Assembly: GCF_006345805.1 (NCBI RefSeq)
Contig: NC_043010.1
Coordinates: 42,098,001 to 42,162,000 of the forward strand
Direction of reading: 5' to 3'
DNA: 64,000 bases
Source: Octopus sinensis
Taxonomy: Eukaryota
Every line of letters begins with the position of its first letter. Position 1 is the first letter of the stretch. A program made the translations under genes and the position numbers. Positions 12,040 through 23,949 of this stretch are shown piece by piece. The notes beneath the pieces were generated by a model that had not been told where the DNA came from, did no database searches, and saw only the letters and a program-made list of their open reading frames with translations.

Positions 12040-12750
12040 TCTGCCTTGATCATTCCATGCGATGCACCTCAAGCAATATAATCCATTCCATCCATGCTCA
12101 TTCTGTATGATACACTTCAAGTTATATAATTCATTCCATGCATCCATCTTCTCCGTCCACTATTCATAGGAGGATCATGGGGGTACAGTCTTCGAGCACT
12201 TACTCCATAGGGTTCTATCACAAGCAACCGTGGTTAGATTTTCTAGCTGGATTCCCAGGTGTGACCAGCTGAGACTATGGACATTATCCAACCATCTAAT
12301 TTTTGGTTTACTCCTAGGTCTACTACCGGTTGGCTCGGCTTGAAAAATCCGTCTTGCAATTCTTTCCTGCAACGATCTAATCCCATGTCCATAGTATTGG
12401 TGCTGTGACCAATACGAATGCACAAATGTTAGTGTTCGGACAACTGCTGCTAAGTCAAAACTTTTCAACGTGGGTGTTGTACTTCCGCAGGAGTATGTAT
12501 TGTCAACTCACCGCTTCATAATTGTTTTGAAATGGATTGACATTCGCAGCAGCTGTGGAGGTGGTATCACAATCGGTAAGAGTAGGATCGGTCGGATAAC
12601 TGCATGTTATTGGCTCATCAGAAGGTGATCTCAAGCTTGCACTGAATAGGTTCGGTGCTGAGGGCTGCAAGACAGGGTTGCAAATACGGAGACATTGGTC
12701 CACTCAAGAAAGCCTTCCTAGGGCTCTTTGCGTATAAGTGGAACATCACT
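12040..12750 (-). mobile_element. RTE-clade LINE remnant
   Basis: ORF 12175-12468 reads RIARRIFQAEPTGSRPRSKPKIRWLDNV...DRTLW (RTE C-terminus), followed by a (GGAAT/GGAT)-like tail. Confidence 0.65.
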
Positions 12751-13269
12751 GAGACGAGTGGAGAGGTTATATAATCCAGTACATTCTAATTTAAGGTAAC
12801 AGGACTTGCATTGAGAGAGATTCGGCTGCTATTTTTAGCTTAACGAGCGACCGTGTAAAGGCGTCTTCACTGACTCATTACAATTCACGCAATTATATCT
12901 GCCTGGCAATGAACAGCCGTATCATTCTAATGAGAATAACGCTGTAGCTATTTCTTCACAGAGAATAACATTTTGCCCCTTGTATTAATAGTATTTCAGC
13001 ATGATTCAGTCGTGGCAAGAAGTCAACTGTTTTAATCAGTAACTTGTTGATACATAAATATTAATGACTTTCTCTTCTGTAACATGCTGGCACAATACGC
13101 TTGGCAAGTGTTGTAAAAATGACAACTTCTATTAACCTTGCAAACACTGTACATATATTTCTGCAAGTATGTATTATGAATGCAGGTCGCACCTCTGAGA
13201 ATACATTACTCAACATTAAACCTAGGTTTACCTATCATTAGAGCCCTGTAATAGGAGAAATAATGTTGA

Positions 13270-13354
13270 ATGTATGTATGTATGTATGTATGTATGTATG
13301 TATCTATGTATGTATGTATGTATGTTTGTATGTATGCATGAATGTATGTATGTA

Positions 13355-13399
<45 letters not shown>

Positions 13400-13400
13400 A
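13270..13400. repeat. (ATGT)n/(TA)n microsatellite
   Basis: Direct. Confidence 0.95.
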
Positions 13401-13721
13401 CACTTTCACTCTCTATTGGTTTATTTTCTGCTCAAATCTAATTTGAACCGTTTGAGCCACATGTCTCTCTTTTGTATTTCATTCATTGCAGCAAATCATT
13501 TACGTTTTAAATTATATTTCTCTCCAAATCACTCAATCTCTAGATGTTATCTTCCAACAAAATGCCCCAGTTTTTATCTTATTTTATTTTGTATATTGAT
13601 CTTTTAGTTCTCGGCAACACTATTTCGACGGAATTGATTAAATAATAACTCCAGTTCTAGCTCTATCTTTGCATGATCTTTCCCTTACTAAAGAGGTTAA
13701 CATCTGTAGTCCCACATTTAA

Positions 13722-13848
13722 TTTCTTCTTTTTCTTCTTCTTCGTGTTCTTCTTGTTGTTTTTGTTGTTCTTCTTGTTCATCTTCTTCTCCTTCTTCGTC
13801 TTCTTCTCCTCCTTCTTCTCCTCCTCCTTCTCCTTCTTCTTCTTCTTT
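13722..13848. repeat. Degenerate (CTT)n microsatellite
   Basis: Direct. Confidence 0.9.
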
Positions 13849-16137
13849 TCACTAAATACTTTACAGAAAAAGAATAAGTTTTAAAACGACCTTAATCTTG
13901 TTATTTGAACTGTTTCCCTGAGCAAATTTTTTAATTACTCGTACGTAAGATGTTCAGTTTGGTGCTTGGCCATTTCTCATTGCTTCTCACGTATCAGTAC
14001 AATAAAGGTATCAAAAAAGGTATGTTTCCGTAGGTGTAAAATGTATGCGTATAAAGATGATATCCCTTTAAAAAAATCGTGAGAAAAGGGAATACTTTTT
14101 GTCATTTGAATGTTTTCGCGCCGATAAATGGTTGAATTATATTTACTGTGAGCTCGCTTTTCATTGCTGTGATTCGATTGAAATTAATTACGAATGTTAG
14201 ATTGACATTTCCCGTATAATAATTATTTCAAGAACATTATTAATATACTCTTTATTGTCCTAGCAACGCAACACTCACACAAACAGAAGCGCGTGCGCAC
14301 TCGTTTGTATACAGAAACACACTTTAACTCTTAGAGATGCTGTCACCCATATCTGATAAACCTCGAGTGTTTATATTGTGTTAATAAGTTTAGAGCTGCT
14401 AACAAAAATATAAAGACAAACGGAAACTAGCGTTACTGTCACCTGAACGTGGTTCACATCATGTTGAATAGAATGAGAAAAAAAAACTACTCTAAACTGT
14501 CGGCCAAATGATGTATGGCAACTACTGCTTCGTCGGGTTATGGCGCAATATAGCAACGTTGTCAACTTATGATATTTCAGTTTGATTGTGACACTAAGGA
14601 AAATCGATAAGCACACTAATTCTGAATCATGGAGAATAATACATGTGTATCGATGCGTGATCATACACATATAATTTCATTGAAATTACGAAGTTATTGG
14701 AATGCATTTCGAATGATTTCTTGTTTAATTGTTTTGGCGAATGGAAGATTGTTAATACGTTTGTAGGATAATGTGAACTAATAATGATTGATTAATTTTG
14801 AGCTTTCAAAGGATTTCATCCTGCTCTTTACTTAGCACATTGTTTGTTTTTGTCATTCCATAAATCAATGGTATCTTGATATATTATTTAATCTCTTCAT
14901 GAATGACTGACCGTTCGTTTGTTGAATGAATCGTCCAATTTACTGGTGAAAGTGAGATCCTTTATTTCACCGTCTCATAAATAGCAGTAACTTTGATTGC
15001 TTATAAATGGTTCTACCTCTATGCTACTGGAAATAAAACAATATTTTGGAAATGACGCTTTTTAATGACTCACTTAATTCCATATTCAGACGAATTAATT
15101 ATTGCTTTTAGCTTTACCATTCCCCTTGTCTTAAACAAATAGGTGAACAGTTACCATTTCTAACTAGACATTACAAAATTAGAAACCATAGTATTCTTTA
15201 TAAATACACACATTCATTGCATTATTGAGATCATCCTTCCCGATGATAAACCTCTCTTTGATCATTGTGTTACTTTGAATAAGTCCGTGTCTTTCCCCCA
15301 ACATAACAACCAAATGCTCAATCACTCTTACTGTTCTTTTCACAATATAATATCAGAAATTTCCTTACCATTGATATAATGACGCACTGCCCCAAGGCAG
15401 TAATAGCCCCGAAGGACATAAGATGAATCAATGTCAAATAGATTCTATAATTAACGAGATATGTGGCACGTATGTCATCATGTCCGACTCAAGTCCACAA
15501 CAGAAAGGAGACTATACGGACCTTGTCAACATCAACTCCATTGGCATCGTTGTAAAGATTCTCTACCACAGAAGTACACACGTTACTTTAGTAAACCTAT
15601 ATTGATAAACGACAACAAAAAATTAAGTCGATGAGCAAACCACAATATGTATGTTAGATCTGTTAAGATATTGCAGCCAAATCTTACTCAAAATCCCTCT
15701 CAACCACTTTTTAAAAGAAAGGTTATATAATACAACTTAAATACATTTTTTTAATATTTGAAATTAAGATGGGTGGTTATGACAGAATTTTCTTTGAACA
15801 TAGATCTAATTATAACAACAGTAACAATATTTTCTCAATTTTCTCCGAACGTTCAAAAACTATTAGTCCTTTGGTTCCTTCTTATTGGTCCAATTTCTTC
15901 CAATGCTCTCTAAAGAATTCCATTAAAAATATTGTAATCTATCAGCGTTACTTATTTATCAATAAGTATCTGTGCTGATTTCTTACAAGGCCGGAAATTT
16001 GGGCGGAAAGAAGTGGAATCGATTATATCGATCCTGGTATTTGACTGGTACTTATTTTATCGACTGCTGAGGAGCGAATGGCAGTGGCAGAAAGAAATGA
16101 ATGGCTCCTAAACAATTATTAAAGACTCACTAACATC

Positions 16138-16169
<32 letters not shown>

Positions 16170-16424
16170 CATCGTCATCGTCATCGTCATCGTCGACGTC
16201 GTCATCCTCATAGATTATTTGCTGCACTAAATAAGAGGCTTGAATCTTTCAGGGATCAATAAAATAAGTTGAGAGAGTCAAAGTCGACCGGTATTTCCGA
16301 GATCATTGAAAGCTATATACTACTACTACAACTGCAGTGTCAAACTTTTTTCAGTAGTTTGAGACTACAAGTTTATCTTTTTAACGTTGTCTACTTTTCG
16401 TCAACTAAATTTTAATATCAATAT

Positions 16425-16638
16425 TCGTTTCAGATTTTGGCACAAGGCCAGCAATTCGGAGGAGGGGGTGAGTCGATTACATCGACCTCAGTATTCAACT
16501 GGTACTTATTTTATCGAACCCGAAAGGATAAAAGATAAAGTCAACCTCGGTGGCGTTTGAACTCATAACGTAAAGACGAATAAAATACCGATATGTATTT
16601 TTCCCAGCGTGATAACCATTCTGCCAGCTCGCCACCTT
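16425..16638 (-). mobile_element. SINE family B
   Basis: Reverse complement of the family B head, core and tail. Confidence 0.82.
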
Positions 16639-16702
16639 ACATATTGATTTATTACAATGTGAGGAATTAAGGAGGAGGGATAAGTGTCAATTATACTTAT
16701 TG

Positions 16703-16899
16703 CCCATACACAGAGGACAGACAAAGTGATTAAGTCGATTACATAGACTCCAGTGCGTAAATGCTACTTATTTAATCGACCCCGAAAGGATGAAAGACAA
16801 AGTCGACCTCGGCGGAATTTCAACTCAGAACGTAACGGCAGACGAAATACTACTAAGCATTTCGCCCGGTGTGCTAACGATTCTGCCAGATCGCTGCCA
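16703..16899 (-). mobile_element. SINE family B (5' unit)
   Basis: Reverse complement of 17035-17240. Confidence 0.85.
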
Positions 16900-17034
16900 T
16901 AGACGTCAATTATATTGACGCTTACTTATTGATGCCGGAGTAGTAACGAATGGTAAAGCCGGATTCAGCGAAGTTTGAACTGAGGAGTTGTAACCCAATA
17001 CCGTTCTAATGGTTCTTGATATCCAATATCCTTA

Positions 17035-17416
17035 AGGCGGTGAACTGGCAGAAACGTTAGCACGCCGGGCGAAATACTTAGCGGTATTCCGTCCGTCTGA
17101 ACGTTCTGAGTTCAAATTCCGCCGAGGTCGACTTTGCCTTTCATCCTTTCGGGGTCGATAAATTAAGTACAAGTTACGCACTGGGGTCGATATAATCGAC
17201 TTAATCCATTTGTCTGTCCTTGTTTGTCCTCTCTGTATTTAGCCCCTTGTGGGTAGTAAAGAAATAGGTATTCCGTCTGTCTTTACGTTCTCAGTTGAAA
17301 TTCTGCTTTCATCCTTTCGTGGTCGATAAATTAAGTATAGTTGCGTACTGGGGTCGATCTAATCGACTGGCCCCCTCCCCCAAAATTTCGGGCCTTGTGC
17401 CTAGAGTAGAAAAGGA
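17035..17416 (+). mobile_element. SINE family B, dimeric
   Basis: Near-identical organisation to 10431-10828. Confidence 0.88.
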
Positions 17417-19608
17417 TATTTTGAAACCAATATTAATAAAACCTAAGCGTAGAAACGGTATGTCGTTGGTAAATATACCTTGTATCATTTAATTGCGTTT
17501 TCCTTTGTTTTTAAGTTTGATTCCTGCTGGGGTGGACCTACATCTCATTATACCATGGTTAAAAAGTAACGTAGCAGCCAATACTGGTATCATGATAATC
17601 GGCTGTTGTCTCCTTCAGATATGCGATCTTATGCGTTTGTAATAAATGAAGATCAATGAAATATATTATCTTTATTATATTCATGTTCTCATCATCATAA
17701 AACAATGAAGCGTCATATCAATATATTCCTCTTTAGATGTCTGTGCTTATTTTCACATTTGCCACGAATGATCATATACCAATCTCTTAATGAAAACACT
17801 ATTCTGTTTCATCTCAATAAATCGCAGTATTAAACAACCAGAGTGTCTCTTCTCTGGCACAATTTCATTCTAAAATTTCTGCAACACTCAAATATTTCCA
17901 CATCTTCAGAAGTAACACTAACCGCTGTACGTTTTCCAAATGAGAACCCAACATGTAGGGGTGAAATCATCGGAAAACGAATATCCATATAAAAAAGTAT
18001 CGAAGAAGTATGTGAAAAGAAAGATGATATCGGTAATTGAATACACAAAATAAAATATCATTATATTTTGCCACCTTGTGGGAATCACCAGTAGTGAATT
18101 AAGATTTTATTGATATTCTTGCATATATAGCTTTATCAAAAACTAATTTTAAATTACAGAAATTTATCCGAAATGTTATAAACAAGGTTAAAACTCACTA
18201 TATTACATGTTTAATATTGGATTTTTGGTCTTCGCATTTGTTTTTGCCGATCTACCAGTGACATAGTATGCTTTGATAAGAAACTGTCTAATTAATGCTT
18301 GTTTTGAATACTCACAGTTTGTATTTTATTCTTTTCGTTGCTCTGAATATACACTTTCAGATACTTTCATGGTGTTTTATTACAGAAATATTTCTCAAAG
18401 GCAAGCTGCCAAATATAATTCTGTATTTCAGTATATTTAATCATATACATATTAGTTATCTATGTTTTATTAAAACGCCATTGTTTTTAATAAAATATCT
18501 TCACAATCAGTCCCAGTATTTTAAGTACATTATTCTAAATAACCTAACTTTGTTTCTCTGGCCGATAAACATAAGTCAATTGCGTTATATCTCATAAATG
18601 GACACAAAAACTTAATATCTATTTCGTGTGATATCCAAGCTATAAACTGAGAATTAAAGTTAGTTCTCCGACTTGCCTTTGACATCCTATCTGTAATAAC
18701 TGTTTGCCGACTTCTATTGGTAGATTAAATTTTAACCGCATTTACTTTTATTGCGTTATTCTTATGATACCAATGGCAATAACGCAATAAATAATTTATT
18801 ATAGTGATTCGTTCTCCAGACCGAAATTTTGTCTACTCTGACATAAATGATCGATCTATGTTCGGCTCAACTCTGAGAAAACGTCTCCATTTTCATCTCT
18901 TCGGTGTAAATAATTTATGGATCAGAAATATACGGAGACTTTATTATTTTTTCATTTCGTTACATCTTAAGTATTTCGCTAATATTTCAAATCATTTCTG
19001 TTATGGGTTGTTAATATTACAACGTGGAAAGACGATGGATTGGTAAGATCGGTAAAGTGTCGAATAAAATTTGGTTGCGGCCGTTCTGCGTTCACATTCC
19101 ATAAAGTCGACGCTTTTTTCTTCAACCCAGTCATCCTTCCTTAAAATAAGTAACAGTCAAGTATTGGGGTTGGAGTAAATTGGCAGGTCCTTCTTCGTAA
19201 TATATAATCCGGTGCCAGTCATTGAAAATCGATATTACTGCATCAACCGACGTGTTTTACACGAATTCATTAGTCTATATAGATAATTGTACTTCAAAGG
19301 AAAAAAGCTTTCACTTCAGTAACCTACCTCATCATATGTTCTTTAAAAAGGCTTTTATTACTTCAGTCGACTAAAAGTTTTACTCCATAGGGATTTGACT
19401 AGTTTTTTTATGCGAATATTTGTGTTTTATTGTTTGATTACAGCCATGTAGAGGCACTACCGGCAAAGGCTTTTCTCGATTAAATCGGCTCCAACACTTC
19501 AGTTTGCTCCTTGTTTTATCGATCTCGTGTGGGTAAGATCATCCTCTACATAAAGAGACGAAAACAAAACGTAAATAGATGTAACCTACAAATGGTATTT
19601 ATGTTCAA

Positions 19609-19665
<57 letters not shown>

Positions 19666-19689
19666 AGTTAAATAGTAATTAGCAATTGG

Positions 19690-21180
19690 TAAGAAGAATG
19701 GGCTTTGAATATGGGCGCTTTTTCTTCTCTTATGTGTTTTGACTTGATGTTAAAGAGAGCAAGCCAGTTGAGGCGAAATAGTTGTGTCTTAGTGTTGTGA
19801 GTGGACGGAAGCTTGATTTTTGTAGAGAACGGATGGCATGAGGCCCAAGCCTGGAGTGAATTTTATTGTAGATGTTGTTTGAATATTTTCCACATCAGAC
19901 AAGTGTTACAGCGCTCACAACAGTGTTGAAGGGTATAAAGTCTGAGTTTCTTGGAACGCTCCCAATAATCAAGACCTATTATTTTTTGTGATTGATTTCT
20001 GGGGTGCCTCAATTTTCATATTTTGTTTCATGTAGGAAGTCGATAGCGGACAACAGTATTGAAGGTGAGGACATACGAAGGTGAGGAAAGAGAAGGATAA
20101 TGGTAGGAGAGTTTCTAAATCGGAATGTCCTGAGCATCCAGGGGCATTCGAAGCGGGCCATGTAGACTTTGCCGTTTATGTGGGTATTCCAGCTTGAGTT
20201 GTCGGCTGTTATTCCAAAGTTTCTGTCAGTGTTTAACGACATGAGGGGAGAGTGCATGATACCTTAAGTGCAGCGTCTTTACCGAAGTCGATTAATCCAA
20301 ATTTTTTTCTACTTATTGCCATTTCTAAATATTGCCATTTTGTTCTCTTTGGATAAGAGCGAGCAGATCCGATTCGAGATTATTCCGGCCTGCTATTCTG
20401 TCAACGACCTTCAGAAATTTAATCATCTGCGAAAATTCTAATCGTACCGTGTTTGATGACGTCAGTGGTGTGATTGATGTAAACAATGAAAAGGAGTGTA
20501 TCCAATACAAATGTCGGATCTTTCGGTTTGAACGGCAGTTTTTAAAAATAATTTCCACGTAACTAAACACTTTAAAACTTCGTATACTCGTAGAATGTGT
20601 TTATAAAACATTTTTTTCTCTTGGCTTTATTGAGAAAATTCTATAGTTTGTAAGATATTTGTTGTTTTTTTTTTCTTCAATTTCTGCAATTTCAACCAAT
20701 CAATGACGTCTATTGAGATGGAAACATTCTGTGCCGTATGAATATGTCCCTCGTTTAAGAAACAGATTGGTTTTATTTACATTTCTGAAGAAAAAAAAAG
20801 ACACCCTTCCCCCACCCCTAACCCTAACTAGCCTAAACTCTAACCCTAACCCTAAAACAGATTGAAAGGCAATAGATCGATACTAGGGTCATAATTATAG
20901 GTGACAATTTCATATGACACCGCTAGAAAAAACTGCCGGTCAAACCGAAAAGATGTCTTTGTGGAACGCCAGTAACGCTTCTCGTTGAGCTTGATCGAAT
21001 ACCGTCGATCACAGTATGCTGAATTCTATTCGCAGGAAAACCTTAAATTCACTTTAACAGTTTCCCTCGGACTCCAATGTTGGACATTTTCTTTAATAGG
21101 ATGCTGTAGTTAACCTTATCGAATGCCGTGCTAAAGTCAAGATGTATGACATCTTCACTACCAGCGACTTGTTGCTCATT
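19690..21180 (-). pseudogene. CR1-group LINE reverse transcriptase remnant, interrupted by a MITE
   Basis: Minus-strand motifs HLDFSTAFDKVNYSILL, VPQ, FADD and SSWNTHIN...WMLRTF, with stops and frameshifts. Confidence 0.8.
20516..20954 (+). mobile_element. Merlin-type MITE copy 2 (inside CR1 RT)
   Basis: Same TIRs and body as 11502-11930; the right terminus and TSD are partly deleted. Confidence 0.88.
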
Positions 21181-22380
21181 TTGAAAAGTGGGACAATCGA
21201 CTTGGATAGGACATTTTGGGGGTAATATTGCCAGTGCCTAATGATTTTTTTCCAGGGGAATACTGGTTGATGTCGACACTCCCTCGGGGCTCTAGTGGTC
21301 TAGTGGGGAAGCTGCGAATTTGTTGGAGCATGTAGCTAATGTGTGTGTGTGTATGTTCGTTTTGCACAATGATTTGACTATTTTACATATCATTACAATG
21401 TCATTGATTGATGAATTCTTGTAATATTGCAATTTATTAAAACAAACTAGAAAAATATGTGGACAATACAGTAGAGTACCTGATTAAATACGTGTCAGTA
21501 TTTAGATATAGCCATCGACCTTCACGTGTGCCAAGTAAATGTTTCTCTCAGATATTCTTTGATTTCCTCCCTCTGTGTGTGGTGGTGGGGGGCCGTTTGA
21601 TAGTATTAATACACTAGTAATAATTTGTTTTAAGTCAAAGTATACTTGGTCCTGCTTCCCTTAATATGAAATATAGTAACACACAGGCATTCACACACAC
21701 ACATAGCCCCCGCACACACTACACAAACACGAACACACATATTTGTATTTCTCACATTAGGGAATACACAAACACCTAGCATCTATATTTCTCTGTTCAA
21801 ACTATAAGCAAAGCCTAAAAGACAATTATATTAAATTAATTTTGTCATTATCAGTCAAATTTTACACAATTATTCTGGATTAGGTGTATCGCTGCTCGAC
21901 CTTTCAGACACCGCTTTTCAAGGTTCAGATCTTAAAAGCGTGATTTTGAACTCAATCGATTTCACATTCGAGCGACATTCGTCACTTAATACATAACAGT
22001 AATAGGTTGATTTCAGTTAAGTCCATTACATATATCTTCCATGCGAACAGATGATTATCGTGTGTGTGTGTGTGTGTGTGTGTTTGTGTGCACGCGCGCG
22101 CTAATGATATGTTGGAGAAGATGCTAGGATGGGCAAATGACAGTAAGATCTTTGACGAAGATGACTATTTCTTTTAACGTATCATACTGAACATAATTGA
22201 ATAGCACTCTTCTTGGTTTGCAAGTAAAATGCCCTGTAACTTTGCTGTTAAAGTCTGGGAAATAAGTAGAGAGTAGACATTGCAACAAGAGAATCCTTTC
22301 ACAACATATTACATTGCAATTTGTTTAAATGCACAAATAAAATCTCTTCATAGACTTGCGTCAAAAGTAAAATATATATC

Positions 22381-22602
22381 TATTTCTTTACTACCCACAA
22401 GGGGCTAAACACAGAGAGGACAAACAAACGGATTAAGTCGATTACATCGACTCCAGTGTGTGATTGGTACTTAATTTATCGATTTCGAAAGGATAGAAGG
22501 CAAAGTCAACCTCGGCGGAATTTGAACTCAGAACGTAGCGGCAGACGAAATACGGCTACGCATTTCGCCCGGCGTGCTAACGCTTCTGCCAGCTCGCCGC
22601 CT
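22381..22602 (-). mobile_element. SINE family B monomer
   Basis: Reverse complement of the family B 5' unit, ending at GTAAAGAAATA. Confidence 0.85.
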
Positions 22603-23039
22603 CTTGCTAGTGTGGATGATGGCAATCAGAGCACGATGGATATCATCGCTACAGTGACTCACGAGAATAGTAGATGTATTTTTGCCTCTCTTGAAGCTTG
22701 TTACTGTCAGGTTCCTGATTGCCACCTGCTTAAACGGAATTCATGCCTTGGTATATAGGAAACTGAATAAAATATTCATTGCTATTGTGGAAGATTCACT
22801 TTATTTCATGTGTTTCGAAAATAGAGAAATATCAAAATATTTCCTTCCATCTTAGATTATAATTTTATAATGCAAAAGACCGAAAGAAGACCCGGAAAAT
22901 TGAATGTTGATATTTGGGAGACAGATTTTCCAGTGTCAAATACTCGTTTTGCAGATTATTCAGAGAAGAAAAAGAAAGAAAAAGAAAAAAAAAATCAGAA
23001 ATCTCTATAAAATTAAGCCAAAATCAAAAGAGGCCTTGA

Positions 23040-23490
23040 CACAGTTGACTTCCTGCCTCAACTTTAACCAGCAGGTCTCGACTGCGAGGACAGTATGGGT
23101 GTTGCCACCCGTAACGTAGAGAAGAGAAAAATCAATAACTAGAGGGGTCTGGTCGGCCGCTATCAGTTTGTACCGGTTGCCGTCGAGACATCAGCTATTC
23201 TCGGACCCCGTATTACTAATTTTCTCAACAAAATAGGAAATAATAGCAGCCCGTCAGAGAAATGATCTTTGTGAGATGCAATGACTGCTGCAGCGAGTGT
23301 CACCAGCCGTACTCCATGGCAATGCTATCGCGGTTATTACTACGGCAAGTGGCTGAGAACATTTGTTCTGTGATTTTCGGCCCATCACTTCCTTCCCCTT
23401 CATATTCTGCTGGTTTACCCCCACCTTTTTCCTTTTTTCTTTTTTCTTTCTTCTTGTTTCTTTGTATTTAAATAGGAATAAAAAAAAATC
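23040..23490 (+). pseudogene. 3' end of a CRE-like (restriction-like endonuclease) non-LTR retrotransposon
   Basis: Translates VEKRKINN*RGLVGRYQFVPVAVETSAILGPRITNFLNKIG, then after a frameshift Q*LLQRVSPAVLHGNAIAV. This matches the FVPxAVETxG...QRxSxAxxxGNA C-terminus. A T-rich UTR and poly(A) follow at about 23480. Confidence 0.7.
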
Positions 23491-23502
23491 AAAGATTTTA
23501 TA

Positions 23503-23681
23503 GGCGCAGGAGTGGCTGTGTGGTAAGTAGCTTGTTTACCAACCACATGGTTCCGGGTTCAGTCCCACTGCGTGGCACCTTGGGCAAGTGTCTTCTACTA
23601 TAGCCTCGGGCCGACCAAAGCCTTGTGGGTGGATTTGGTAGACGGAAACTGAAAGAAGCCCGTCGTATATATGTACATATG

Positions 23682-23727
<46 letters not shown>

Positions 23728-23949
23728 TGTGTGTGTTTGTGTGTCTGTGTTTGTCCCCCTAGCATTGCTTGACAACCGATGCTGGTGTGTTTATGTCCCC
23801 GTTACTTAGCGGTTCGGCAAAAGAGACCGATAGAATAAGTACTGAGCTTACAAAAGAATAAGTCCCGGGGTCGAGTTGCTCGATTAAAGGCGGTGCTCCA
23901 GCATGGCCGCAGTCAAATGACTGAAACAAGTAAAAGAGTAAAAAGAGTA
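23503..23949 (+). mobile_element. SINE family A, full length
   Basis: As 5510-5902. Confidence 0.92.

Noticed and set aside
20809-20855. True telomere or chromosome-fusion site
   Set aside because: Only a few degenerate units, and always internal to the MITE.
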